Positions 49,729 to 59,974 of a stretch of DNA of 64,000 bases are shown in pieces. The stretch is taken from the NCBI GenBank assembly GCA_039679675.1, contig JBDKUN010000033.1:212279-276278 (forward strand), given 5' to 3'. Below the pieces are notes generated by a model that made no database searches, had not been told where the DNA came from, and was given only the letters and a program-made list of their open reading frames with translations. Source of the stretch: Armatimonadota bacterium. Its GTDB lineage: Bacteria > Armatimonadota > UBA5829 > DTLH01. Every line of letters starts with the position of its first letter. Within the stretch, counting starts at the first letter, position 1. The position numbers and the translations under genes were made by a program.

Positions 49729-52524
49729 CTACACCTTAAACACCTTCATCACCTCATCCCCAAGGTGATTTATTACTTTCACTGCAATTCGTCCGGTTTC
49801 GGGCTTGTCGAAAGGCCTGGATGTGTCGCTGTGGAGTGTTGCCCAGGCATCTTCATTAATCTCTGATTTGAGCGTCGTCTTCAAAGAGCTGTAAGGGTCA
49901 TTTGCACCCAGGAAATAGGCGTGGCGGACGAAGAAGCTCTCCATATTGTAATCGGTGTCGATGAACCAACAGGCAATACCTTCCGCGCCGTCGTTGCGGA
50001 CTTCTCCGGTGTTGGGGTGGAAGACATCAACTCCATTTACCTTCACCTGAATCTGTCCGTTTTCAGCATCAAGAATGTCAATGTCCGGTTCACCGAATAT
50101 AACGAACAAATTTCCCTTGCCGGTGTTCTTGAGATCATCGGACATATGCAGATCGGCGTTCATCCGTGCCTTTAACACAGGAATGCGACCGAGCTTATTG
50201 AACTCCGATGAATGTGCGTCATAGTTGAATGCGCAGGTTATCAGCACATCGAATCCAGCATCACCAGCTTCGCGCGCGGCGGAGACCAAATCGGGGCGAG
50301 ATACCGTGCCAAACTCCGGGCCTATGAAGATTGCCGCGCGTTTCTCAGCACCAATCCCATCGCCACCTTCAAAATAGCGACCTTCGGCGCATACCAAATC
50401 TCCCGGCCAGGGTGTGAGTGACGTGAAGTTGATCTTGTCTTCCTTGTGAGCCTGTTGCACGCCAGCGGTCTTAAGGTTTTCAAGAATCATCTGCACGAAG
50501 TCCTGTTCATCACCTCTGCCGTCCTTTGATTGCATTATTGGATCTATTAACTCATCATTTTCATCCAGACCCAACACCCGGTGCGGTGAAAGACTCTCTA
50601 CCGTAAACGGGCCTGCCACCCGGACCTTTTTCTTGTCCTCGTATGGCTTGTCATATAGGTATTCAAACTCAGCTTTGGCGGCGATGGAGGCATCTATCTC
50701 TTTCTGCCGTGTAATCCGCTGCTCCCACCACTCTGCGTGCAACTTCTTTGCAGCTTCAGGCCATTTTTTATCTAAATCACGGGGAATTTCCCATTCCTCC
50801 CAACTCTTGCACAAAGCGGAATTGAGCTGTTGACGCAATGGCTCAAGAGTGTCTTGGAACTTATCCCGGATAACATCAATTTCAGCATTGTTGGCAATAG
50901 ATTTAAGCGTTATATGCGGCACGCGTTCATACACGAAGCCCTGGCGGATGTTCCCGTGCGTTGGCTGAGTCGAAGGTGCTGTACGTGTGATCTCGGCTTC
51001 TTTTAACTGACCATCATGGCTATCAGCCAGCATATAATATGCATAACGCGCTCCCATAATCCGAGCGCGAGCCAGCGCAAGTGCAACACGAGACGTATCA
51101 ATAGTAATCCAACGCCTGCCCCATTGCTCGGCGACATAAGCAGTGGTGCCGGAGCCACAGGTAGGGTCGAGTACGAGGTCGCCGGGGTCGGTGGTCATTA
51201 AGATGCAGCGAGCAATAATTCCCGGGTGAGTCTGGACGACATATGTGACGTCTGGGGTGACAGCGAATTCATCCCATATATTACTGATTTCGAACGCTGG
51301 GAAATCATTCAGGCGACGAACAAACATCAACCGCTTTCCTGTAGAGATAACTCGGTTACATTTCTCAAGTCTCTTTCGTCCTTCGAGCACTGTTGACCAA
51401 TGTCTATTAGAAGGTGGAAAGTAAGTTGCTCCTTGAAACTCATAGGCATCACTAGTCTTGTCGTCAGCGCTAATCGAAGTTAAGTCAGTCAGTTGATACA
51501 CTTGGGCACCGGCCGGGATAAGAGAGGGATTCTTCTTCTCATCTCTTGATAGTGCTCTACGAGTTAAATCTGCTAATTCAAGTTGGTCGTATCGCCTGCC
51601 GGGATTGTCTCCATTCCCTGCTGTCTTGATAGATAACATCTGCCTATACTTCACTTGGTTTGAGTTCTTTGCAAACCAGATGACGTAATCAGAGACTCCC
51701 TTTAAGTACTTTCCTGCAAGACCACCTGTTTTTTGTAGGGTGATTAAGGACATGAAGTTTTCATCTCCAAACACCTCATCCATCAGTGCTCGTAAACGAT
51801 GCACATTTTCGTCGCCTATTTGCACAAAGATGGAGCCGGAATCAGTAAGAAGGTCGCGGGCGACTGTTAGCCGATCTCTCAGATACGTCAAATACGAATG
51901 AATGCCATCGCGCCAAGTGTCTCGAAATGCTTTGACCTGTTCCGGTTCGCGGGTGATGTGATCGGCCTTGCCGTCCTTTACGTCTCGGCTGGTGGTTGAC
52001 CACTGGAAGTTGGAATTGAACTTGATACCATAGGGCGGGTCGATATAAATACACTGCACCTGGCCGCGCAGACCTTCACGCTCCGCCAGAGACGCCATTA
52101 CTTGCAGGCTGTCCCCAAGAATCATACGGTTCGACCAGTTCTGATCGTGCTGGTAGAACTCTGTCTTGTCCACACCCTCCGGGATACCGTTGAAGTCAGC
52201 AAAAAGGTCGAACTGGGGGTCAGCAGCTTTTGCATCTGCCTTACTCCGGCGCAGCAGGTCATCTATCAATACCTTAGGATGCACCTTTTCTTGTATATAC
52301 AGCGGCGGCGCTTGCACAACCAAATCCGACCAGTCCTGCTCATCCTTACCTCGCCAAACCAGTTGCGGGTCGAGATCCCTGTTACGCCGCTCATAGGCGA
52401 CGCGAATGGGGCTTTTATCCGAGTCATTCATAACCGACTGATGCTCAGCAGTGGGAATATTCTTCCGAGTAGCATCCTCATGCTTGAGGGTCTCGACTGT
52501 TTTGCCGTTTGTTTTCTTTTCCAT
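49729..52524 (-). CDS. mod: Type III-like Mod, beta-class N6-adenine DNA methyltransferase
   Basis: Motif IV YIDPPYG precedes TRD and motif I LDPTCGSGTT; C-terminal IAVKVINHLGDE; GAGGA RBS favours ATG 52524. Confidence 0.92.
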   Translation of the reverse strand: MEKKTNGKTVETLKHEDATRKNIPTAEHQSVMNDSDKSPIRVAYERRNRDLDPQLVWRGKDEQDWSDLVVQAPPLYIQEKVHPKVLIDDLLRRSKADAKAADPQFDLFADFNGIPEGVDKTEFYQHDQNWSNRMILGDSLQVMASLAEREGLRGQVQCIYIDPPYGIKFNSNFQWSTTSRDVKDGKADHITREPEQVKAFRDTWRDGIHSYLTYLRDRLTVARDLLTDSGSIFVQIGDENVHRLRALMDEVFGDENFMSLITLQKTGGLAGKYLKGVSDYVIWFAKNSNQVKYRQMLSIKTAGNGDNPGRRYDQLELADLTRRALSRDEKKNPSLIPAGAQVYQLTDLTSISADDKTSDAYEFQGATYFPPSNRHWSTVLEGRKRLEKCNRVISTGKRLMFVRRLNDFPAFEISNIWDEFAVTPDVTYVVQTHPGIIARCILMTTDPGDLVLDPTCGSGTTAYVAEQWGRRWITIDTSRVALALARARIMGARYAYYMLADSHDGQLKEAEITRTAPSTQPTHGNIRQGFVYERVPHITLKSIANNAEIDVIRDKFQDTLEPLRQQLNSALCKSWEEWEIPRDLDKKWPEAAKKLHAEWWEQRITRQKEIDASIAAKAEFEYLYDKPYEDKKKVRVAGPFTVESLSPHRVLGLDENDELIDPIMQSKDGRGDEQDFVQMILENLKTAGVQQAHKEDKINFTSLTPWPGDLVCAEGRYFEGGDGIGAEKRAAIFIGPEFGTVSRPDLVSAAREAGDAGFDVLITCAFNYDAHSSEFNKLGRIPVLKARMNADLHMSDDLKNTGKGNLFVIFGEPDIDILDAENGQIQVKVNGVDVFHPNTGEVRNDGAEGIACWFIDTDYNMESFFVRHAYFLGANDPYSSLKTTLKSEINEDAWATLHSDTSRPFDKPETGRIAVKVINHLGDEVMKVFKV

Positions 52525-52535
52525 ATCTAATCCTC

Positions 52536-52668
52536 TGTCCGGATTTGTTCGGTCCAACCTGTTATCATCTCTTATCCGGTCACGATGTCCGAATACCTGC
52601 CCGGATAACCTCTACTCGCCCGATAATTAAGTTTTAACCGGACATTGTGTCCGGATTTATGTCCGGAT
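52536..52668. repeat. Cluster of TGTCCGGAT-like repeats between deaminase gene and mod
   Basis: Copies at about 52536, 52546, 52574, 52586, 52598, 52648 and 52660, plus palindrome CCGGACA-ttg-TGTCCGG at 52638-52654. Confidence 0.7.
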
Positions 52669-52685
52669 TGCCGTCGCACCTCTGG

Positions 52686-54170
52686 TTAGATAACTTGGTA
52701 GTATGTTGTCGGACCTGAGCCGACCTTCCGAATGAGCCCGAGATTCACAAACTGGTTCAAGTGTCGACGCGCTGTTCGTGCATCTACACCCATCGCACTG
52801 GCGTAATCAGCGGACTTTGTGTGGCCCTGCCTAGTTAACCAACTCCATCCTCTCAACTCCGCTTCGGAAAGACGCTTCTGGGCCTCCTCCGGCAGTGACG
52901 TAACCGCAGCATCCTCACTTTGATAGATAGTAAGCACCAGGTATGGATCGTCCCACAAGTATCGCGGTAGCGGGAGCCCAGTCTTTTCGGCCTCCGTCTT
53001 CATTGACTTCAGACCTAGTCCACGTTCTTCGGCCAGCTTCATCTTCGCGAAGATATAATGCATTACAGGATTACGGCTGAGCATAGGAGCATTGAATGAT
53101 GACATTTGATCCAATGTAGTTGGCGGAACCATGTAGCCAGGGCTCTTTATGATGATCTTGCCCGATTCTACTACTAACTGGCACTTAGCCCCGGCTATTT
53201 CATAGTCGCGGTGGACTAGTGCATTGACTATCGCCTCACGAACAAGTGTAAGAACTTCCTTATTGGTTTCCTTGCGTTGTGCCGTAGAACGATCTAACGT
53301 GTTAGGCAGCTTATCTTTCAGCCACTTCAGAGCTTGCTCCGGCACCTCAACCTGGGGCCCATCAAAATCTTCTATTTCCTCAGTGCCATCAGGATAATGA
53401 ACAGTAGCTAACAATCCTGCTTGCGGCATGGCAATTCTTGGCTCCTTGCCGAACAGTAGTTGGCCAAAACCAGTGGGAGAAAACTGGCCGTCATGCTCCT
53501 TAATAAGGCCTTGTGTCTTCAATCTGCGGACGAACGCCGGTGATGTGATTTCATCCGGTATTCCAGCCTGCACGCGATACTTTTCCAAGACGACCTGATC
53601 AAACTCCTCAATATCAGTCCCATGCACATCCTCTAGGGATGAGAGCTTGACTTCCTCTACATAATTCTCTGCTTCCGCTGCTCGCTCTAGCGCCTGATCA
53701 ATGAACTCTTGGTTTTCGCTTACAATGATCTCCTGCAAATCACGGTCGAACATGTGCACTTCGACACCGCTGTCTTGCAAATACTTGATGCCTTTGCGAT
53801 CTACCGTCGGGTCTGGATCCTCAATCCCCACCCAGACCTTCTTAATGCGTGCAAGAACTATTCGCTCTGCACATCCTAGTTTTGGCGCATGGCGTGAATT
53901 GGGAGCGCAGGGCTCAAGAGTGGCGAATAGAACACAGTCATCGAGTCTATTGTTTCGATTCTTGCGCTCCAACAGTGTATATTCGGCATGGTCACCATCG
54001 CGGAGTTCACAGCGGCACGCTGTCTCGGTGGTGCCATCGGGCTTGACCAATACAGCTCCTACCTTAGGGGGTTTCTTGCCGTCCGAGCGTGACTCACAGA
54101 TGGAATTCCGCATTACCTCTATAGCCTGCTCCATATATCTGCGTGCGTCAATTCCTCTCTCGATCTTCAC
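52686..54170 (-). CDS. Zinc-dependent deaminase - HATPase_c_4 - wHTH fusion protein
   Basis: KVGAVLV, HAE, TLEPC-x11-C, DPDP (RibD/CDA fold); REAIVNALVHRDY, SPG, RNP, EERGLG (HATPase_c_4); C-terminal wHTH. Confidence 0.88.
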   Translation of the reverse strand: MKIERGIDARRYMEQAIEVMRNSICESRSDGKKPPKVGAVLVKPDGTTETACRCELRDGDHAEYTLLERKNRNNRLDDCVLFATLEPCAPNSRHAPKLGCAERIVLARIKKVWVGIEDPDPTVDRKGIKYLQDSGVEVHMFDRDLQEIIVSENQEFIDQALERAAEAENYVEEVKLSSLEDVHGTDIEEFDQVVLEKYRVQAGIPDEITSPAFVRRLKTQGLIKEHDGQFSPTGFGQLLFGKEPRIAMPQAGLLATVHYPDGTEEIEDFDGPQVEVPEQALKWLKDKLPNTLDRSTAQRKETNKEVLTLVREAIVNALVHRDYEIAGAKCQLVVESGKIIIKSPGYMVPPTTLDQMSSFNAPMLSRNPVMHYIFAKMKLAEERGLGLKSMKTEAEKTGLPLPRYLWDDPYLVLTIYQSEDAAVTSLPEEAQKRLSEAELRGWSWLTRQGHTKSADYASAMGVDARTARRHLNQFVNLGLIRKVGSGPTTYYQVI

Positions 54171-57100
54171 GCTTTATTTCCTCCGAATTGGTCAATCATC
54201 TTGTCGAACTGAGTATCGAGCCTGATTTCGAAATTGGATTCGATCTCGTAAACTTGAGTAAATTCGGCAAATGTCCAGCGTCCATAGGTGCCAAGATTAT
54301 TTACACCTGGCACCCAGTAGGTTTCCATTGTAGTCTTCTTCTCTTTGGCATCCTCACGCCGGTAGCCTTTGATCTCGACAATCAGATGCAGCAGATCATC
54401 ATCGCCGTGTCCGTCATCCACAAGCACGATAAAGTCAGGAATATACTTGCGCATTTCGGAACCGTAACGATATGGCACTTCAAGCCCGAGGTTATGATTC
54501 TTTACATAGGCCTTAACTTTCGGATGTGACTCAGCCACGCGGCAGAATTCGGCCTCCCAGTCACTATCAAGGATGATCCAGTTGATGTGGCATCGCCGGG
54601 AGTCCGTTTCCCACCTGCTCGTCTTCGATGTGTTGAAGTTCACATGGATTGTTGAACCAGTGGGATTATATGGGTCCAATACGGCCTTTACAGGGCGTTC
54701 ACCAACCAGCGCACGTGTAATGCCTGCAGTAATGCGTTCGCAGGCCATATCGGCCAGTTCCTGATACATAAGTTGCGCAGGGTATGTGCCGCCCTTGCAG
54801 ACAAGGCAGGTGTCCAGCCACTGTTTTGTGATCCGCTTCAGTTGGCCGAACAGGTGCAGTTTGGGTTCCTCACCAGGGTCACGCCATTTTGTGTAAAGCA
54901 GCCGTTTGGTGATGTGCATCAGTAATGTAGACCGGCGCATATCTCCAAGGTGTGCAAGGTTCAAGTCTACATCTTCACCAATTATTCCTGCGTTCTTGGT
55001 GATCGATGGGCCAACAAGGTCCGGTGTCAGTTCCAGGACTGAATCATCATTGAACTCTGCGGTGAGCACTTCTTCAGGTAGCTCAACCCGGTAACCTGCA
55101 ACACGTGGGAACTGAATTTCCAGAGAGTCTCGGTCGGGACGCACGGCCTTAACCTGGATGGTTTCACGGGGCGGCTGTGGAGGTGCCACTACCGGTTTGG
55201 CCGTGAAGTCAAACGGTATGCCCAAGACATCGGCATACTCTACATTGAAAAGGCCGTCTTCATTGAGGTCATAGGACTGGCGGCGCAGTGCACGACCAAT
55301 AACCTGCTCGCACAGAAGCTGGGTTCCGAATGCACGAACACCAAGCACATGGGTAACGGTATTGGCATCCCAGCCTTCAGTAAGCATGGATACTGAGACA
55401 ACGCATCGAATAGGGTCGCCTAACCGTCCATCCTTGCCGACCGTGTTCATTACTTCCCGCAGCAAATCTTGGTCGGTGATGTTATCTGCTTGATGTCGGT
55501 CGCCGGTGCGTTCAATGATTTCACGACGGAAACGCTCAATCTCATCCGATGCCACTGAGCGAAAATTTTCGTCCAGCATCTCACCGGATTCAAGTTGCTC
55601 GCTATCGATTAGCAAGGTGCGCGGGCGACCGAATGGGTTGCCGTATTCGTCAAAATTACGGAACAGGGCCAGTCTACCATTCTCTAATGTGCTAGAGCCG
55701 TCTTCATTCTCCCTGTAGAAACCTGAAATGTAGTCGTAAACGAGCTTGGATGTCGATGTGTTATTACAGACCACAATGAAGCAAGGTGGTACCTTGATAC
55801 CACTTTGCTCCCACAGTTTGTATGTCTTTTCGTAGTGGCCGTAAAGTGCCTCCAGTGCAGTCTGAAGTTCGGCAGGAATGCTCAATGGATCGAGAGTCTT
55901 TGCCTTTCCTCTGCCTTTCTTGGGCATCCGGGTGCGAATATGTTCCCAGAGGTTGCGATATACCGGCACATCTTGGCCAGGAATGTTGTCAGCTACCGGC
56001 ACACGAGGCAACTTCACGATCCCACATTCGATGGCATCCATCAATGAGAAATCGCTCATCGTCCAGGGAAACAATGTGCCCTCGGCATAGCCGGAACCGC
56101 GCAGGAAAAATGGTGTTGCAGATAGGTCGACAACGCGATTAATACCAAGCTTTCGGTTGACCATTTCAAGCCCTGAAATCCAAAGCCGTGCAGCTTCATT
56201 ATTCTCTTCGGCTTCTTTTTTATCGTCGCCTTTAAGGTCGTCCTCTTCGTCGGGGCCTGGTTTCTCACGGTAGCAGTGGTGCGCCTCATCATTGATCACC
56301 AGGATGTTCTTCATTCCCATTAGACCTGGCATCACCCGCTGAAGCATCTGTCCTTCAGTCTCAATTGTGTTAAGAGCCTCACCTCGTCCCTGAAGTAAGG
56401 ATCGTCCGCCTTTTGAAAGCTCCATCTTCTCCCGGAGCTTGAATGCATGGTAGTTGGTTATTACAATCTTCGCTCGCTCCAGGTCCGTGAACATATCGTT
56501 CGGAACAAGTTCTCTGCTCTGGTAGTAGCTGTCCGGGTCGTTAGGCTGGAGCACTCGCAGGCGGTCCTTGATTGTGATCCCTGGAGTAACAACTAGAAAT
56601 CCTCGTGTAAACCTTTTACTAGTAGGGTGGCGCACAGCATTGATAGTCTGCCAAGCTATTAGCATCGCCATCACAGTGGTCTTGCCGGATCCAGTGGCCA
56701 ACTTCAGCGCCAGCCGCATCAAATCAGGGTTTGCATCGTTGTTGGCATTTGCCAGATGATCAAGGAAGTCTTTTCCTGCTTTCTCATGAGGAGCAACTTC
56801 AGTCAACCAGATTGTGGTTTCAACTGCCTCTAGCTGACAAAAGAATGGCCGAATACTACTGAATTTGTGATGTCGCCAGTGCTGAAGCAAGCGTGCTGTT
56901 TCAGCAGTAACCTTCCAATTGCTGGGATTGGGTATGCTCCTCCATTTATCAACGTGCTCGCGGAGGGCATTGATTACTGGTGTAGGATCATATTGTTGCT
57001 CTGCAGTTGAAAGCCCCTTGCCTTCATCGAATAATAAAGACTTCTGTTCAGCAGATCCTCTCCGCTTCCTCGGCTTGGGAATTGGTGTAATAAATGCCAC

Positions 57101-57220
57101 AGATCGGCGGTTTTCAATAATCCGTTGCGTAGGCTGACCTTGCTCATCGAGTTCCCAGTGACGAGCTGGATATTCGTAAGGAGAGTTCAATATGGGTTGT
57201 TCAAAGAACCTGTTATCCAC
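54167..57220 (-). CDS. res: Type III-like Res restriction endonuclease/helicase (BPTD_3080-like)
   Basis: PILNSPY, FFCQLEA, KLATGSGKT, NDEAHHCY, SATP, MLTEGWD, QVIGRALRR; C-terminal PDF..VEIKG nuclease motif. Confidence 0.92.
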   Translation of the reverse strand: MDNRFFEQPILNSPYEYPARHWELDEQGQPTQRIIENRRSVAFITPIPKPRKRRGSAEQKSLLFDEGKGLSTAEQQYDPTPVINALREHVDKWRSIPNPSNWKVTAETARLLQHWRHHKFSSIRPFFCQLEAVETTIWLTEVAPHEKAGKDFLDHLANANNDANPDLMRLALKLATGSGKTTVMAMLIAWQTINAVRHPTSKRFTRGFLVVTPGITIKDRLRVLQPNDPDSYYQSRELVPNDMFTDLERAKIVITNYHAFKLREKMELSKGGRSLLQGRGEALNTIETEGQMLQRVMPGLMGMKNILVINDEAHHCYREKPGPDEEDDLKGDDKKEAEENNEAARLWISGLEMVNRKLGINRVVDLSATPFFLRGSGYAEGTLFPWTMSDFSLMDAIECGIVKLPRVPVADNIPGQDVPVYRNLWEHIRTRMPKKGRGKAKTLDPLSIPAELQTALEALYGHYEKTYKLWEQSGIKVPPCFIVVCNNTSTSKLVYDYISGFYRENEDGSSTLENGRLALFRNFDEYGNPFGRPRTLLIDSEQLESGEMLDENFRSVASDEIERFRREIIERTGDRHQADNITDQDLLREVMNTVGKDGRLGDPIRCVVSVSMLTEGWDANTVTHVLGVRAFGTQLLCEQVIGRALRRQSYDLNEDGLFNVEYADVLGIPFDFTAKPVVAPPQPPRETIQVKAVRPDRDSLEIQFPRVAGYRVELPEEVLTAEFNDDSVLELTPDLVGPSITKNAGIIGEDVDLNLAHLGDMRRSTLLMHITKRLLYTKWRDPGEEPKLHLFGQLKRITKQWLDTCLVCKGGTYPAQLMYQELADMACERITAGITRALVGERPVKAVLDPYNPTGSTIHVNFNTSKTSRWETDSRRCHINWIILDSDWEAEFCRVAESHPKVKAYVKNHNLGLEVPYRYGSEMRKYIPDFIVLVDDGHGDDDLLHLIVEIKGYRREDAKEKKTTMETYWVPGVNNLGTYGRWTFAEFTQVYEIESNFEIRLDTQFDKMIDQFGGNKA

Positions 57221-57732
57221 TCTAATAAAACTCCCGGTATAGCTTTAGGTTACACGGCAAGTGCAAGCGTAGAGATGCCAGTAGCGACGGCTCGATAAAT
57301 CAAATGCTCCTGGTATTCCTTGCCTCACCAATGTCACATACATCAACAGCCACCTAGCTCCAAATATGAGTTGCCTGCATGGATCGAGAAAGCAAGCAAG
57401 CGGCACAAGCACTAATATGTTAGGCAGTTGAGGTTAAATATCCTGCAAGGCTGGCATAAAACAAATATTATTCAAATACATGTGTCTGCGAGATTAACTG
57501 TCTAGGTGCAGCTGGATGTGAACCGCCAACGGTAATTCACCTGCACCAGTTGCTGGCAGGCATTGACTAACAAAATAAGAACAGCAAAACGGGTGTCGTT
57601 TGCCACATCTCACATAATGTGCGGAACACAGCACGCGCGCAGAATCATATTGATATACTGCGTAAGCTTGGTTATTATGCCAAATGTGCATATACCTGAG
57701 CGGGACATGTGAGACCGTGTGGAGGTTTGACA

Positions 57733-57911
57733 TGTCATTAGTGTTTGCTTATCAATACTGGCCCGGATTTCCATTCTGGCCGTGGTGCATGTTAGGGTGT
57801 ATTGCCTTCTTCATTCTGATGATGGTGGCCATGGCTTTCATTGTGCCTCTCTTGACAAAGCTGCAGTCCGTAAAAATGTCATTATGGATCTGGGTCCTAA
57901 GAAGGCAATAG
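57733..57911 (+). CDS. Possible small membrane protein
   Basis: GGAGG RBS before ATG 57733; one hydrophobic segment. Confidence 0.4.
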
Positions 57912-57935
57912 TCGGCTATGATGTGGCGCGGATAT

Positions 57936-58065
57936 CCGACAGAAAACCGTCAGCTAGCGCATCATTTTCTGTTACGCATTTGCCTGGCTGTGCCATAGGT
58001 AGATTCACCAACTGGATGACCGGAACAGCACAGCTAGCTTATGAGTTTTCACCAAAGATGACCTT
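57936..58065. repeat. Paired-box repeat unit 1
   Basis: agctagcgcatcatttt (57952) and agctagcttatgagttttc (58032). Confidence 0.8.
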
Positions 58066-58470
58066 TCAGCTTAGACTCCGCCCATCTATCAGGTTAATTT
58101 GCTGATCGGCAGAAAGGTTGATCTGCACGGCTGGCAGCTCCAATTTTCTTACTTGAGCCAAAGTCCGAATTGAGGACATATAACGGCGGTGTGCCCTTTC
58201 CTGGGATCTCTGGTAGAATTCCTGTTGTCGGTTACTAAGGTTGTTCATTTGCTGAGCATATATGGAATCTAGATGATGCACCTGTAGCCAGCAAACTACT
58301 ACTCGTTCATCGAGGAGTCTGGCCAGAGGCGAAGGATTTGAACCTGAGATTTCCTTAAGCAAGGTTTGAAGCTTTTTTCGAGTAGACTGTTCGGCCAAGA
58401 CATCACCACCAAAGGCGGTCCTTATTAGTGACCTCTTAGCGATGTTTGCCAAGTTGACGACTGAAAACAA
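58066..58470 (-). pseudogene. 5'-truncated paralogue of 60501-61064
   Basis: Near-identical CWLQVHHLD..YAQQM.NLSNRQQEFYQRSQERAHRRYMS; lacks the N-terminal ~55 aa and an RBS. Confidence 0.8.
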
Positions 58471-58559
58471 CTAATCTATTATTACGTCCAACGTCGCTTT
58501 CGCTCCGATAAATCGGTCAGATTAAAACCGAAACGACCGGTCAGATAACTCCGAAATAG

Positions 58560-59181
58560 ATGGTCAGATTCACCGAAATAGGCATAATCGCACTGATTTT
58601 CGTTGCTGCTTTTGTCACAATGGTTTTAGTGGTTATCATCGAGGCACTTGTGGCGTTGGCTGAATGGACAAGGAAGCAGATAGTTGCAACTAAGGCGAAT
58701 CAGACTTTTCTAATCCTCACCTTAGTCGCATTGTATTTAGTTGTTTTAGGATTTTTGTCCTATAAAATATTCTGGGGCAACACTCAGATTGGTAGTTTAT
58801 TTGAGAGTCAGAAATACACAGCGAAATATTGGGTATTTGCTTTTTCCGGAGCACGCTGAAGTCAAAAACTACCGGGTTGTGGCCGATGTCACTGTCGACA
58901 ACACCGCGTCTAGCGGTGACGAGTCCGTAGAAGAGTCTAAATATACTATAAACAGAATCTATTTCCCGAATGGCGGTTATGTAGACATGGCGGAGCAGTC
59001 AGAGGTGTGTTCACAGATCTATGAACCATGCGAATACACAGATACTCAGGATCGGGTCTGGGTTTTAGAACTTACCGATAAGCAGGCACCAAGCCTCTCT
59101 GAAGCATATCCTCGCAAACTCTCATCCCAAATTTTTCGTCCCTCTGATGGCCATGCTCTCAGATGCCGTCGAGAAGACTGA
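58560..59181 (+). pseudogene. Probable frameshifted membrane protein (ORFs 58560-58859 and 58789-59181)
   Basis: Overlapping ORFs join as ...KYTAKYWV/LLFPEHAEVKNYRV with one extra base in gtatttgctttttcc (~58835). Confidence 0.5.
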
Positions 59182-59464
59182 TAACCGATCCGTCGTAAAC
59201 GGCTACCACTGCACCACTGTGTTATCGTACAGATAAACCGTTATTCTCAGTTTTGATTCTGCTAAACCATGAACTCAGAAAGCCTTTCAGAGGAGATTCT
59301 CTGACGGCATTATTGGGTGGCTGCAAATGTTCTGCAAATCAAAAATTTCTGGATATAAAGCTGCTACAGCAGCTGTTCTCCTCGATATATTTGAGGCAGA
59401 TAAAGGAAGATCAATCTGGGGGCAGCGTTCTAGAAACAACAGGGCTGTCATCAGCGGTACCTGG

Positions 59465-59645
59465 TAAAACCCCAAGCTAGCTAATCATTTCTCCTGTATT
59501 ACTCTTCAACCATATATCTCCTGGGTCCCGTGACCAGACATCGAAGAACCCCTAGCTAGCTTATGAGTTTTCACCAAAGAAGGGCTTTCCGTGTCTACTA
59601 TCAGATTCTTTATCGGCAGAAAAATCAATTTGAAGTGCAAGAGGT
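59465..59645. repeat. Paired-box repeat unit 2 with degenerate 3' remnant of the 60501-61064 gene
   Basis: agctagctaatcattt (59475), agctagcttatgagttttcaccaaaga (59554), then ctatcag..atcggcagaaa. Confidence 0.8.
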
Positions 59646-59974
59646 ACTTCAGGCGGGCAGTGCAAATGGTTGAACGAAGGACACTGGTGATTTATACGCT
59701 CTGCCCTGATCGCTGCTGGACACGATCTGGATTGTATTCAGGCTGAAAGCTTAGACCGAAAACGGTCGATTCAGGGAAAATCATCTGTTTTTGCAGGCAA
59801 ATAACAATAGATTAACTGGTTTCAGTGCATTGAAATGCTATTGCTTCCTGTATTGTTTCCCCGTCGTTATCCAATTGTTTCCGGCAACTCTTGGATTGGA
59901 TGAACCGCGATTCTTTTGGTATGCCAATCATAGATCTGATTATTCCACCTGAACTGGTTGGTTATCGTCTTTCA

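Noticed and set aside
53700..54170. ribD riboflavin deaminase
   Set aside because: No reductase domain or rib genes; fused to HATPase_c_4 inside an RM operon.
44..57137. Numerous short antisense or out-of-frame ORFs inside long genes (e.g. 15075-15743, 36640-37194, 53701-54225)
   Set aside because: Shadow frames of well-supported genes, with no RBS or recognisable motifs.
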